A stretch of DNA of 64,000 nucleotides, taken from assembly GCA_946412015.1 (NCBI GenBank), contig CAMKGA010000005.1, positions 2,265-66,264 on the forward strand, written 5' to 3'. Below are positions 9,372-18,050 of the stretch, one piece after another. The translations under genes were made by a program, and so were the position numbers. The stretch comes from an uncultured Bacillales bacterium. GTDB taxonomy: Bacteria > Bacillota_I > Bacilli_A > RF39 > UBA660. The stretch's first letter is position 1, and each line of letters begins with the position of its first letter. Below the pieces are notes generated by a model that worked only from the letters and a program-made list of their open reading frames with translations, made no database searches and was not told the origin of the DNA.

Positions 9372-9965
9372 CTATTTCCTTTTTACAAGCTGTATACCTT
9401 GTTGTTCCATAAGCAAATATGCAGCATCAATATAGTTTTCTCTTGCATCCTCACCATATGTTGCAATAGCATCTTTATATGCTTTAATAGTTACATCTCT
9501 ATTCCACTGATCATTATAATTTGCAAGCCCGATTGCACCATTTACAACACATATATCAGTACAGCATCCACAAATTCCATACTCTTCTACATTATCAAGA
9601 TTTTTAACCACTTTTCTAAAATCAGGAGCTTCCATAAAGCTTGTAGAATTTTTTTCAATTGAAATTGTATTAACTAATCCTTCATATGGTATTAATTCAT
9701 CTACTAAATCAGCTTCTTTTGTTCCCTTTATACAGTGGTGAGTATTACCAAATCTTTTAAACTCTTTAGAATCTTTATTATGTGTATCTTTAATAAAGAT
9801 TACAAGTCCATCGCAAGCTAATGTTTCTTTGATTAATTTTATTTGTGTAGGAATAATGTTTGCAATAGAATTATCATGTAAAACACCTTCACGAACAAAT
9901 CCATTAACCATATCTACTACTATTAAACATTTTTTATACATTTTAAAATTATTTATTTTTTTCAT
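9372..9965 (-). CDS. pncA: nicotinamidase (isochorismatase fold)
   Basis: 197 aa. It has LIVVDMVNGF and CGCCTDICV (the catalytic Cys region). It is the first gene behind the promoter at ~10.05 kb. Confidence 0.8.
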   Translation of the reverse strand: MKKINNFKMYKKCLIVVDMVNGFVREGVLHDNSIANIIPTQIKLIKETLACDGLVIFIKDTHNKDSKEFKRFGNTHHCIKGTKEADLVDELIPYEGLVNTISIEKNSTSFMEAPDFRKVVKNLDNVEEYGICGCCTDICVVNGAIGLANYNDQWNRDVTIKAYKDAIATYGEDARENYIDAAYLLMEQQGIQLVKRK

Positions 9966-10048
9966 ATTATCTCCTCCATCGTTTGTTTTTAACTTTTTAT
10001 TAATATCACATTTGTAAAATTTAAACAGTTTTTTCAGCTGTTACTAAC

Positions 10049-10077
10049 ATTATATTAATAACTAAACAATTTGTCAA
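10049..10077 (-). promoter_or_regulatory. sigma-A type promoter of the NAD operon (TTGACA-17-TATAAT), followed by inverted repeat AACAG-N9-CTGTT
   Basis: The reverse complement of 10072-10077 is TTGACA and that of 10049-10054 is TATAAT, with a 17-nt spacer. The inverted repeat lies at 10023-10042, near the predicted +1. Confidence 0.55.
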
Positions 10078-10094
10078 CCCTTTTTTTCATTTTT

Positions 10095-10655
10095 TTAATA
10101 TTTTTTTAATTCAAAGTCTTCAATATTAGTTTTTCTATTAATAATATCATACATATTATTAGCATCATCAATCAAATCTATTCCACTTATTCCCATTTCA
10201 CTAGGTTGTGATATTACAATATCATTTTCCTTTAAATCTATTATTTTTCTTACTAAGCTATCATCACCTGGCCTGCCATAACCATATCGCCAAGAACTTT
10301 TTATATCTTTAGTTTCTTCTCTTAATCTAAATGATAATCTTCTTAAAAATGAAGGATGGCACATTGGAAAATATAGTTTTTTAACATTTGATCTTTCTTG
10401 AATGTTTTTTAAATTCCATACAAAATAAATCAACTGCTCATCACAATAAGCTATTTCAAACAAGTTTAAATTAACATTAAAGCCTAAACTTTCTAATACT
10501 TCTATTAAACTTAAAGTTATAACTCCTCTATTAAATATTTGATTATTATCAGTATAGCAGGCACAAGCTATATTAAAATAAATATCTATTTGTTTTCTCA
10601 TTTCTTTTTCTTTATTTAACATGGATAATGGGTTACCTTCTAAATATGCCTTCAC
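10095..10655 (-). CDS. C-terminal part of a vWA-like protein (CobT/ViaA-like partner of the AAA+ ATPase); lacks its own RBS
   Basis: 186 aa from a GTG. The frame stays open upstream to the TAA at 10728-10730 and is continuous with the 79-aa ORF. IDIYFNIACAC resembles a degenerate vWA beta1/MIDAS position. Confidence 0.4.
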   Translation of the reverse strand: MKAYLEGNPLSMLNKEKEMRKQIDIYFNIACACYTDNNQIFNRGVITLSLIEVLESLGFNVNLNLFEIAYCDEQLIYFVWNLKNIQERSNVKKLYFPMCHPSFLRRLSFRLREETKDIKSSWRYGYGRPGDDSLVRKIIDLKENDIVISQPSEMGISGIDLIDDANNMYDIINRKTNIEDFELKKY

Positions 10656-10727
10656 ATCCGGTGCATAACCAACATAATAATTATACTGTTTATTTTTTTT
10701 AACACTTAACTTTATATATTTTTCTAA

Positions 10728-10967
10728 TTATAATTTTAATTCTAAAAATCTATCAAAGTTTTCATTATATCCATATTTTATTAATTCTTTTGCCTCATCT
10801 AAGCTATTTGTTTTATACCAATCATAATCTGTAGCCTCACTCAATAAATCATAATTTTTAAATCCATTAGCAATTGGAGTATTATCTAGATAATTTAAAT
10901 ATTCTGTTATTGAATCAAAATATTGATACATTACATTATATTCATCTTTTTTATAATACTTATACAT
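10728..10967 (-). CDS. N-terminal part of the same vWA-like protein (79 aa)
   Basis: It has a good RBS (AGAAGG, then 7 nt, then ATG). It ends at a TAA that is in frame with the 10095-10655 ORF. Confidence 0.4.
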   Translation of the reverse strand: MYKYYKKDEYNVMYQYFDSITEYLNYLDNTPIANGFKNYDLLSEATDYDWYKTNSLDEAKELIKYGYNENFDRFLELKL

Positions 10968-10971
10968 AGTA

Positions 10972-11676
10972 CTACCTTCTTAGTGATAATCTCTTTACTG
11001 CATAATAATACTTATTATCATAATTAATATTATTCATAGATCCAATCAATGTATTTAAATCATCTTGTTGTAAATTTTTAATAACGTTTGATGTTAATAT
11101 ATCATTAACAGGAATATTATTAATTTCTTTTTTATATACTTTACCTATTCCCCTTGTTGATACAATATGTGGCATTTTAGTATCATATACTGCATTCCTA
11201 AATGACCACATAAATTTTAATACTTCTTCATTTGGATATAATGCTCTTTCCAAGTTTTTATCATAATCAAAGAAAATGTTATCAAATCTATCTAGGGTTG
11301 CTCCATCTAGAGCATTTCTACCAACGTATTGTAAATCAGCTCCCTTACCCCAAGTATTAGCAGCAGAAATAATTCTAAAGTCTTTATGTCTTTCTATTGT
11401 TTCATGTGGAAATGCCATATACCCATTAGCAAGTGCTGAATTTATAACAATCAATGCTGAAGGGTCTGAATTATCGATTTCATCTAAGAAAAATATTCCT
11501 CCATTTTTAAATGCTTTATAAAATTCTGTATCTCTATAATTTCCACCAGCATCAATAAAACCAGTAAGTTTAAATTCATTAGATGCATTATTAGTATAAT
11601 ACATATGAAGTCCTAAAGCATCTGCAACTTGTTTTATAGCGACATTCTTGCCACTTCCTGCTGGTCCTATAAGCAT
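10972..11676 (-). CDS. AAA+ ATPase, MoxR/CobS/AAA_5-like (as drawn it starts inside beta1 of the P-loop domain)
   Basis: It has Walker A LIGPAGSGKN, Walker B IFFLDEID and an arginine-finger region GATLDRF. No SD is present. The frame is continuous with the upstream 335-aa ORF across one TAG. Confidence 0.7.
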   Translation of the reverse strand: MLIGPAGSGKNVAIKQVADALGLHMYYTNNASNEFKLTGFIDAGGNYRDTEFYKAFKNGGIFFLDEIDNSDPSALIVINSALANGYMAFPHETIERHKDFRIISAANTWGKGADLQYVGRNALDGATLDRFDNIFFDYDKNLERALYPNEEVLKFMWSFRNAVYDTKMPHIVSTRGIGKVYKKEINNIPVNDILTSNVIKNLQQDDLNTLIGSMNNINYDNKYYYAVKRLSLRR

Positions 11677-11709
11677 TATCGGTTCATCTAATTGAACTTG
11701 CCTTAAAAT

Positions 11710-12717
11710 CTACTCAAACCTTTCATGAAAGAACCCTCCACCAGTTTCTCCCTTTTTTACATCATTTAAAGTAATTACATTATTTATTGGAACAATGTTT
11801 TTTTTCTTATACTCTTCTACAGCATCATCCAATATATTAGTAATCTTTTCATTAACCTGTTGTTCTATATTTAGCTCTTCCATCTTATTCTTTACCAATT
11901 TTAAAACTTCAATTTTAGTATCATTATCAAGCTGATTAACAATATAATCTTCTAATTTTTTCTTAGAATCATCAGATTTAAGATAATCATTAATTTTATC
12001 ATCTATTTGTTTTCTAACCTCTTCACCAGTAATTTGAAAAAGCATTGTATTAATTCCTTTTAATAGATAATCTGCATTTTCTCTTGTTTCTTTAACAAAC
12101 TGATTTCTCATATTATCACCTCTATTTCTTTCATTACCATAAAGATCATAAATAGTATTATCAATCATATATGAATTTGATTCTAATTCATATACTTTAT
12201 CACACAAATTACTTAATATCTCTTCACTATTAGAATACATAATATTAGAATCATTATCATATCCATAATATAAATGAGAATAAGTATTATTACCATCAGT
12301 TACACCTGCAACTAATTTTTTATTATATTTATCCCAAATAACTGAGCAAAAATCCATTTTCTGGCGGAGTGCTGAAAAAACACTTTCATTATAATACTTA
12401 TACATTTTATTAATAATACTATGTTTTCTATCAAAATCTGATTCTCCATAATCACTATAAAAATCATTTGCCTTTTCAATTTCTTTTTGATCAAATCCAC
12501 TAACGGCAACAATATTAGAATCATAATTTTTATATGGATCTCTATCTTCTATATATTCACTATATACAATTTTTGCCATGAAAACATTAGTATCATTATA
12601 CGTTTTTACTGTATATCTATCAGGACATAACATATCTAATTGATACTTAACTTTAATGTTGTTATATTGCTTACTTTTACATACAACAAAATATTTACCA
12701 CTTCTATATTCATCCAT
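11710..12717 (-). CDS. hypothetical protein; probable N-terminal region of the AAA+ ATPase
   Basis: 335 aa with a good RBS (AAGGTG). It ends ...GGGFFHERFE at the TAG (11710-11712), which is in frame with ILRQVQLDEPIMLIGPAGSGKN. Confidence 0.5.
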   Translation of the reverse strand: MDEYRSGKYFVVCKSKQYNNIKVKYQLDMLCPDRYTVKTYNDTNVFMAKIVYSEYIEDRDPYKNYDSNIVAVSGFDQKEIEKANDFYSDYGESDFDRKHSIINKMYKYYNESVFSALRQKMDFCSVIWDKYNKKLVAGVTDGNNTYSHLYYGYDNDSNIMYSNSEEILSNLCDKVYELESNSYMIDNTIYDLYGNERNRGDNMRNQFVKETRENADYLLKGINTMLFQITGEEVRKQIDDKINDYLKSDDSKKKLEDYIVNQLDNDTKIEVLKLVKNKMEELNIEQQVNEKITNILDDAVEEYKKKNIVPINNVITLNDVKKGETGGGFFHERFE

Positions 12718-12799
12718 GTTATCACCTTCTTTTGTTTGTTATTGTCATTTTGTTAATAACTAAATATAAAATTTTAACAGTTTGTCTCCTGTTAATAAC

Positions 12800-12828
12800 A
12801 TTATATTAATAACAAAACGATTTGTCAA
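12800..12828 (-). promoter_or_regulatory. sigma-A type promoter of the AAA+ cassette; near-copy of the NAD operon promoter module
   Basis: TTGACA (reverse complement of 12823-12828), 17 nt, then TATAAT (reverse complement of 12800-12805). An AACAG-N8-CTGTT inverted repeat follows. The 12768-12837 module is about 85% identical to 10017-10087. Confidence 0.55.
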
Positions 12829-12857
12829 TACTTTTTTAAAAAAAAATAAAAGATTTT

Positions 12858-13313
12858 TTATCTTTTAATTTTTTCTTTATTTGAATATATACTATATGGT
12901 CTTAAATTACCCGTTTTTATCATATCATCACGTATTTCTTCTGCTTCTTCCATATCATTAGCTCCAAAATACGCCATAACTAGTTCTCTTCTTATTTGTT
13001 TTAATTCTGCTTTTCTTTGAACTGAAAGTTCTTCTTTTTTTTCTAAGACAAAATTCTTACATTTAGAAACAATAAAACTATCAAGACAATTATTATTATC
13101 AACAATCTGATAACCATTAATAATAAAATCATAGTCATTAATATTCAATTTTGTAATATCATAAATTTTTTTACATTTAGAAGGGATACCATTTAGACAA
13201 TCCCAACATAAATGTTTATTACTTTGAATTATATTATATCTTTCTTTTGTATAATCAATTTGTTTTGTTATACCATTTGTTTTTTGATATATCGTTGTTA
13301 ATTTTTTACTCAT
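12858..13313 (-). CDS. hypothetical protein (151 aa from MSKKLTT)
   Basis: The ATG at 13313 follows GGGGGG. The upstream 21 codons in the track lack an RBS. I recognise no motif beyond scattered Cys pairs. Confidence 0.5.
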   Translation of the reverse strand: MSKKLTTIYQKTNGITKQIDYTKERYNIIQSNKHLCWDCLNGIPSKCKKIYDITKLNINDYDFIINGYQIVDNNNCLDSFIVSKCKNFVLEKKEELSVQRKAELKQIRRELVMAYFGANDMEEAEEIRDDMIKTGNLRPYSIYSNKEKIKR

Positions 13314-13377
13314 AACATAGTCCCCCCTTTTCATGAAATTAGAAAGTATGTTAGCACATTTAACCATTAAAGTCAAA

Positions 13378-14130
13378 TTAAACTAATCTTGGAGTTAATA
13401 TTTCATAACCGTCTTTTGTAACTAAAACGGTATGTTCATAATGGGCAGCTGGACTTTTATCCATTGTTTTAACAGTCCACTCATCGTCCATTAAATATAC
13501 TTTCGAACTTCCAAAATTAAGCATTGGTTCTATACAAATAACCATTCCTTCTTTAAGTCTAGGTCCAGTATTAAAAGTTCCATAATTAGGTACATCTGGA
13601 GCTTCATGCATTTCAGTACCAATTCCATGTCCACATAATTCTTTAACTACTCCTAAATTATGTTCTTTTGCATATTTATATACAGAGGCTGAAATATCCC
13701 CTATTCTATTACCTGGTTTTACCATTTTAATTCCTTCATATAAAGCTTTTTCTGTATGTTCCATCAAATACTTTTTATCATCAGATATATCTCCAACTGC
13801 ATATGTCCAAGCAGCATCCCCTTGGTATCCTTTATAACCAATAACCATATCAATTGTAATAATATCACCATTTTTTAATTTATAATTACCTGGAATTCCA
13901 TGAACTACTGTATCATTAACGCTTGTACAAAGTGCTGCAGGAAAACCCTCATAACCTTTACAAGTAGGTACTCCATTCATACTTCTAATATAATCTTCTG
14001 CAATCTTATCAAGTTCTTTAGTAGTAATTCCTTCTTTAATAAATGGTTTTAAATACTTATGAGTTTTAGAAACCATCATTCCTGCTTCTCTCATAAGATT
14101 TATTTCTCTTTCACTTTTTATTGATATCAT
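13378..14130 (-). CDS. map: type I methionine aminopeptidase
   Basis: 250 aa. It shows the pita-bread fold pattern, with metal-ligand motifs DMVIGYKGYQGD, GHGIG and ICIEPM. Confidence 0.9.
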   Translation of the reverse strand: MISIKSEREINLMREAGMMVSKTHKYLKPFIKEGITTKELDKIAEDYIRSMNGVPTCKGYEGFPAALCTSVNDTVVHGIPGNYKLKNGDIITIDMVIGYKGYQGDAAWTYAVGDISDDKKYLMEHTEKALYEGIKMVKPGNRIGDISASVYKYAKEHNLGVVKELCGHGIGTEMHEAPDVPNYGTFNTGPRLKEGMVICIEPMLNFGSSKVYLMDDEWTVKTMDKSPAAHYEHTVLVTKDGYEILTPRLV

Positions 14131-14218
14131 ATATTCACCTCACAAAAAAAACTTTAAGTAAAGTTTTTCTTCAACAATAATAGCACAATTATCTATTTTT
14201 TTCAATTACTACATTACT

Positions 14219-14494
14219 TTAAAAATGGCTTTTAATGTAGGTTTCAAAGTCTTTAAATTTTATTTTTTCATTATAACCATTAACAAATATGTCATCACAT
14301 TCATCAAACATTAAATAATCAATATTATTAACTTTAATAATATGTGGCATTACATAAGCAATGTTTGTTTCCTTAATACTTTTGATATTCCCATTTTTAA
14401 AAGTAGGTTTAGCACGAGCAAACTTACAAATCATTTCAACCTTTCTTTTTAGTTCTAAACTTATCTCTAATTCTTTAGTTTCTATTGTTAACAT
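14219..14494 (-). CDS. hypothetical 91-aa protein (copy 1 of an exact duplicate)
   Basis: It is identical in sequence to 22389-22664 and lies inside the 378-bp direct repeat. Confidence 0.5.
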   Translation of the reverse strand: MLTIETKELEISLELKRKVEMICKFARAKPTFKNGNIKSIKETNIAYVMPHIIKVNNIDYLMFDECDDIFVNGYNEKIKFKDFETYIKSHF

Positions 14495-14521
14495 ATAATC
14501 ACTCTCACTTTCTTAAATAAC

Positions 14522-14546
14522 AAAAAAACTAACTATTTCTAGTTAG
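14522..14546 (-). terminator. Rho-independent terminator inside DR-L
   Basis: On the minus strand, a CTAACTA-GAAA-TAGTTAG hairpin is followed by T7. Confidence 0.55.
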
Positions 14547-14737
14547 CATTTATTACTCTCGAAATGTAAAAGTTCGAGTTTCCTATCATATTGGAGCGGT
14601 TGGTTAAGTTATTTCAAACTTTTCCTCATTAATGAGAAATTAATGTTTTAATATCAATTTCTAATAATATTTTAACTTTTTCTTGTTTTTTATTCAATAT
14701 CATAATGTTCGGGATAATTATTATAAATTTTGTGTTA

Positions 14738-15544
14738 TTAATTATTTTTCATTTTACAAAATACATCAATATATGGATAACTTTTAAGTAGTTTTTTGTC
14801 ATTTGGATTGGAAAAATGTTGTTCTCTTAAATGATTTAGATAAATATTATAAGTATTCATTTCCAAAAAAGATTGCCTTAATAATTTTTTTCTTAAAATA
14901 TACAATGATGCTTTTTCATTATGTTGAATTTTTGTATATATTTCATTAAATAAACTATCATTTTTTTCTTCTATATTGATTATTTCTCCTGCTAAAGTTG
15001 CCGCATAGTTAATATCATGTGCTCCTTGTATTATTCTTCTATTCAAAAATTTTTTTGATTCAGATTTTAAGTTATTAATGTTATTTACCCTTTGCATTTG
15101 ATCAAACAATGTAGTTTTTTTATCAATAAATTGAAATTCATAATTATTAACTTTATCATCATAAAAAGTCAAATTTAATTTCGAGTTGTTTTCTAATTCA
15201 TTAAAATACAATCTAAATAATTCTAATTCTTGGGCATTATCCTTCAAAAACATGGTTATATCAAAATAATTCTCTTCACTATTATTATAAAGATTTAACA
15301 TATTATCTTTTTCAAAATGAAATACATATTTATGAGCTATTAACATCATATGTAAAATTTTTAAGAATAATACTTGTTGTTTTTTTTCAACAAATTCGTA
15401 CTTTGCGTCAAGATTTAAAATGCTTCTACGTGCATTATGAAAATATGTGTTAAAAAATTCTTTTGCGTTTTTGTTATAACAATTATATTGATTCAACAAA
15501 TTGTCTAATATTATATTAAATTTATCAAAATCTACTTGATACAT
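14738..15544 (-). CDS. hypothetical protein (IME cargo); possible HEPN-like R-x5-H motif
   Basis: 268 aa and predicted helical. NRRIIQGAHD fits the loose Rx4-6H pattern. Nothing else is recognisable. Confidence 0.4.
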   Translation of the reverse strand: MYQVDFDKFNIILDNLLNQYNCYNKNAKEFFNTYFHNARRSILNLDAKYEFVEKKQQVLFLKILHMMLIAHKYVFHFEKDNMLNLYNNSEENYFDITMFLKDNAQELELFRLYFNELENNSKLNLTFYDDKVNNYEFQFIDKKTTLFDQMQRVNNINNLKSESKKFLNRRIIQGAHDINYAATLAGEIINIEEKNDSLFNEIYTKIQHNEKASLYILRKKLLRQSFLEMNTYNIYLNHLREQHFSNPNDKKLLKSYPYIDVFCKMKNN

Positions 15545-15578
15545 AGTTAGTCACCTCCTCAATTTGTTAGTTATTATA

Positions 15579-16313
15579 TCATTTATTTAATTTATTTTCT
15601 AGTACTTTTTCTACTTCATTTATAAGTTCTTCTTTATTTGGAATATAATAAGTATAAGTGAAAGCAAAGATATTATTAGATAATCCACCTAAAGCATATT
15701 CCATAGTTATACCTTTTTTGCCAGTACAAAGAATAATACCTATTGTTTCATTATCAAATTCATCTTTAATCTCTTTATTATAACAATTAACATACATATT
15801 CATTTGCCCAGCATATTCTGGTTTCATATCATCCATTTTCAAATCTATCAATACATATGACCTTAACATTTTGTTATAAAATACTAAATCCACGTAATAG
15901 TGAGTATTGTTATCTAATGTAATTCTAACTTGGTTACTAACATACATAAAACCTTTTCCTAATTTCATTAGAAAAGATGATAGATGATTTATTAAATTCT
16001 TTTCTAAATCACTTTCAAGTAATGGTTTATTTTCTTTTATACCTAAAAATTCAAACACATAAGGTTCTTTTAATATATCAGTAGGATTACTTATTGTCTG
16101 TCCTTTTTTAGATAATTCTAATACTTTTTGTTTATTAACTTTACCATCTGAAAGCAGTAATCTTTGAAATAAAGATGAATCTATTTGTCTTTTTAACTCT
16201 CTAACAGACCATTTTGAATTAATACATTCTTTTTCATAAAAATTTCTTTCATCAATATCATCAATATATATTAGGTAACAATAATGACTCCAACTTAAAT
16301 TGCTAGACAGTGT
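15579..16313 (-). pseudogene. 5'-truncated DUF1016/YhcG-type PDDEXK nuclease
   Basis: The frame is open upstream of the track's GTG back to a TAA at ~16316. It reads ...LSWSHY...WSVRELKRQIDSSLFQR...YVDLVFYNKMLRSYVLIDLK (PD-(D/E)xK). The N-terminal part of the family is missing and there is no start or RBS. Confidence 0.6.
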
Positions 16314-16545
16314 TTGGTATTTTTAACTTCAATATAATTTTACCACATTTTATCTTTCAAATCTATCATCTTTTTCTCTGAATTTTATTCTAGAATTATC
16401 AATTTGCTTTAGAATATGATATAATTGAAGTGATATATGTTAATATTGAATTGGAGGATTAACCTGAAAACAAAAAGTAAATTTATTTTGGCAAAAATGC
16501 TAAAAAAAGGGCAGACTTCCCCTTACCCCAAGTTAAAGTCAAAAT

Positions 16546-17829
16546 TTAACTATCTAATTTGGCGTTCTGATTAATTATGCTAATAAGTTCATCAGATGTA
16601 AGACCTAAAGATAATAATTGCTTAAGAGATTGGTTGAAATTATTCTTAGTATATTTAATTCTATCTTTATCATCTGTTTCATTTGAAGCTAAATCAGATG
16701 GATTCCAAACTTCACCAGTTGATAACATATGATAGATAGCGACTAAGATTTTTCTAGCAATTGCAATATAAGCACGTTTCTTACCACTAAGTTTAGAAAT
16801 TTTATTAAATTTGTTGGCATAATAAGTATTAGCTTTATCTTTAACAGCACAATGTGCGACCTCGACTAGGCAAGGTTTAAGATAAACACCAGCTCTTGAA
16901 ATTTTAACAGATTTCTTTTTACCAGCAGATTCATTACAACCTGGAGCAAGACCAGCCCAAGCAGATAAACGATAGTGATTAGAAAATTGTGACATATCAT
17001 TACTTATTTCAGAAAGAATAGTAATTGCAGAATATCTATCAATACCAGGAATAGTCATAAGAAGAGTAATATAATCTTCATAAGGAGTGATTAAATTATC
17101 AACAATATCTCTTAATGAATTAATCTGATTAGTTAAATAATCAATATGTTCTTTGATAATATTAATTCTTAGTTTTTGTTCATTAGTAAAAGTAATACCA
17201 TTAACAGAAGATAGAATATCTTCATGAGATGACTTGCAATGTTTGTGTAAACAACTTATAATATCTTCATCTGAGAAATTATCATTATTCATAATGATAT
17301 CAACAATAGATTGACTAGATTTACCAAAGATATCGGAAAAAACCATATCTAATTTGCAATTACCAACGGTAAGTGCATTAGTATATCTATTTTTCTCAGA
17401 AGTTCTATTACAGGTAAGTTTGTATAAATAGCGAGTAAACTCTCTTAAGATTCTAAAATCTTTAGGTGGAATAAAACTAGAACGAACAATACCTAATTTA
17501 AACAAGTCTGCAATCCATTTTGCATCCTTGTTATCGTCTTTCTCACCTTTTATAACAGCAACCCATTTAGGATTGGCAACGACGACATTAGAGATATGAC
17601 CTTCTAATGCATTGTATACTGGAATATAATACTTACCAGTAGATTCCATGCATACGTTTTGACAGTCGTTTTCGAGTAACCAATTTCTAAATTCGATTAA
17701 AGAATTATTAAAGGTAGAAAAACGTTTTTTAGAGTATTTAGTTGTTTGTCCAGTAGAATCACAAATTACTGCAACAATAAAAGATTTGTGCACATCAACA
17801 CCACATGCTTTTGGATAAATAACTTTCAT
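16546..17829 (-). CDS. IS110-family transposase/recombinase
   Basis: 427 aa. It has an N-terminal DEDD (RuvC-like) region, GVDVHK...CMESTGKYY, and a C-terminal transposase_20-type region, IPGIDRYSAITILSEI. Confidence 0.9.
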   Translation of the reverse strand: MKVIYPKACGVDVHKSFIVAVICDSTGQTTKYSKKRFSTFNNSLIEFRNWLLENDCQNVCMESTGKYYIPVYNALEGHISNVVVANPKWVAVIKGEKDDNKDAKWIADLFKLGIVRSSFIPPKDFRILREFTRYLYKLTCNRTSEKNRYTNALTVGNCKLDMVFSDIFGKSSQSIVDIIMNNDNFSDEDIISCLHKHCKSSHEDILSSVNGITFTNEQKLRINIIKEHIDYLTNQINSLRDIVDNLITPYEDYITLLMTIPGIDRYSAITILSEISNDMSQFSNHYRLSAWAGLAPGCNESAGKKKSVKISRAGVYLKPCLVEVAHCAVKDKANTYYANKFNKISKLSGKKRAYIAIARKILVAIYHMLSTGEVWNPSDLASNETDDKDRIKYTKNNFNQSLKQLLSLGLTSDELISIINQNAKLDS

Positions 17830-17859
17830 AAATAAATCCTTCCTTTCAAAAATATTTTT

Positions 17860-18050
17860 GAAGGAGTGAGTTGTCTATGCAGTTAACACTAAGAATTAAC
17901 TAAAGTCAATGATTAACCTACAGCCTCAAAGGGACTACTTATGTGTGCTTGAAAAAACTGCATTTGCACTGCTTAAAATACTGGTTTAATCCCAAGAGTT
18001 ACAGGAAGTCTGCAACTCCTCCTACCGTGCTTTGTAGTACACACTCCTTC
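17860..18050 (-). ncRNA. candidate IS110 bridge (seeker) RNA in the left non-coding end
   Basis: A 9-bp closing stem (GAAGGAGTG at 17860-17868 with CACTCCTTC at 18042-18050) encloses ~190 nt directly upstream of the recombinase. Internal segments match the element's right end and left boundary. Confidence 0.4.

Larger units (their letters stand above)
14219..14596. repeat. 378-bp direct repeat, left copy (DR-L)
   Basis: By manual line-by-line comparison it is base-for-base identical to 22389-22766 (offset 8170). Confidence 0.9.

Noticed and set aside
10728-11712. TAG or TAA reassignment (phage-type stop-codon recoding) to explain the in-frame stops in the AAA+ cassette
   Set aside because: TAG terminates nadK at its expected C-terminus and also closes the AAA+ ORF at 10972. 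TAA terminates many conserved genes. Two different stop codons are involved, and no suppressor tRNA is seen in the window.
12312-12524. Minus-strand overlapping ORFs: 12312-12524, 33520-33705, 39892-40107, 48519-48704 and 62622-62885
   Set aside because: They lie in alternative frames inside, or overlapping, longer supported genes. They have no independent translation signals.
16314-16504. Possible promoter or small ORF in the ~190 nt between the truncated DUF1016 gene and the IS110 right end
   Set aside because: Only poor -35/-10 spacing is present, and there is a CTG-initiated short frame behind GGAGG. The evidence is insufficient. The region is probably leftover sequence from the rearrangement that truncated the nuclease gene.
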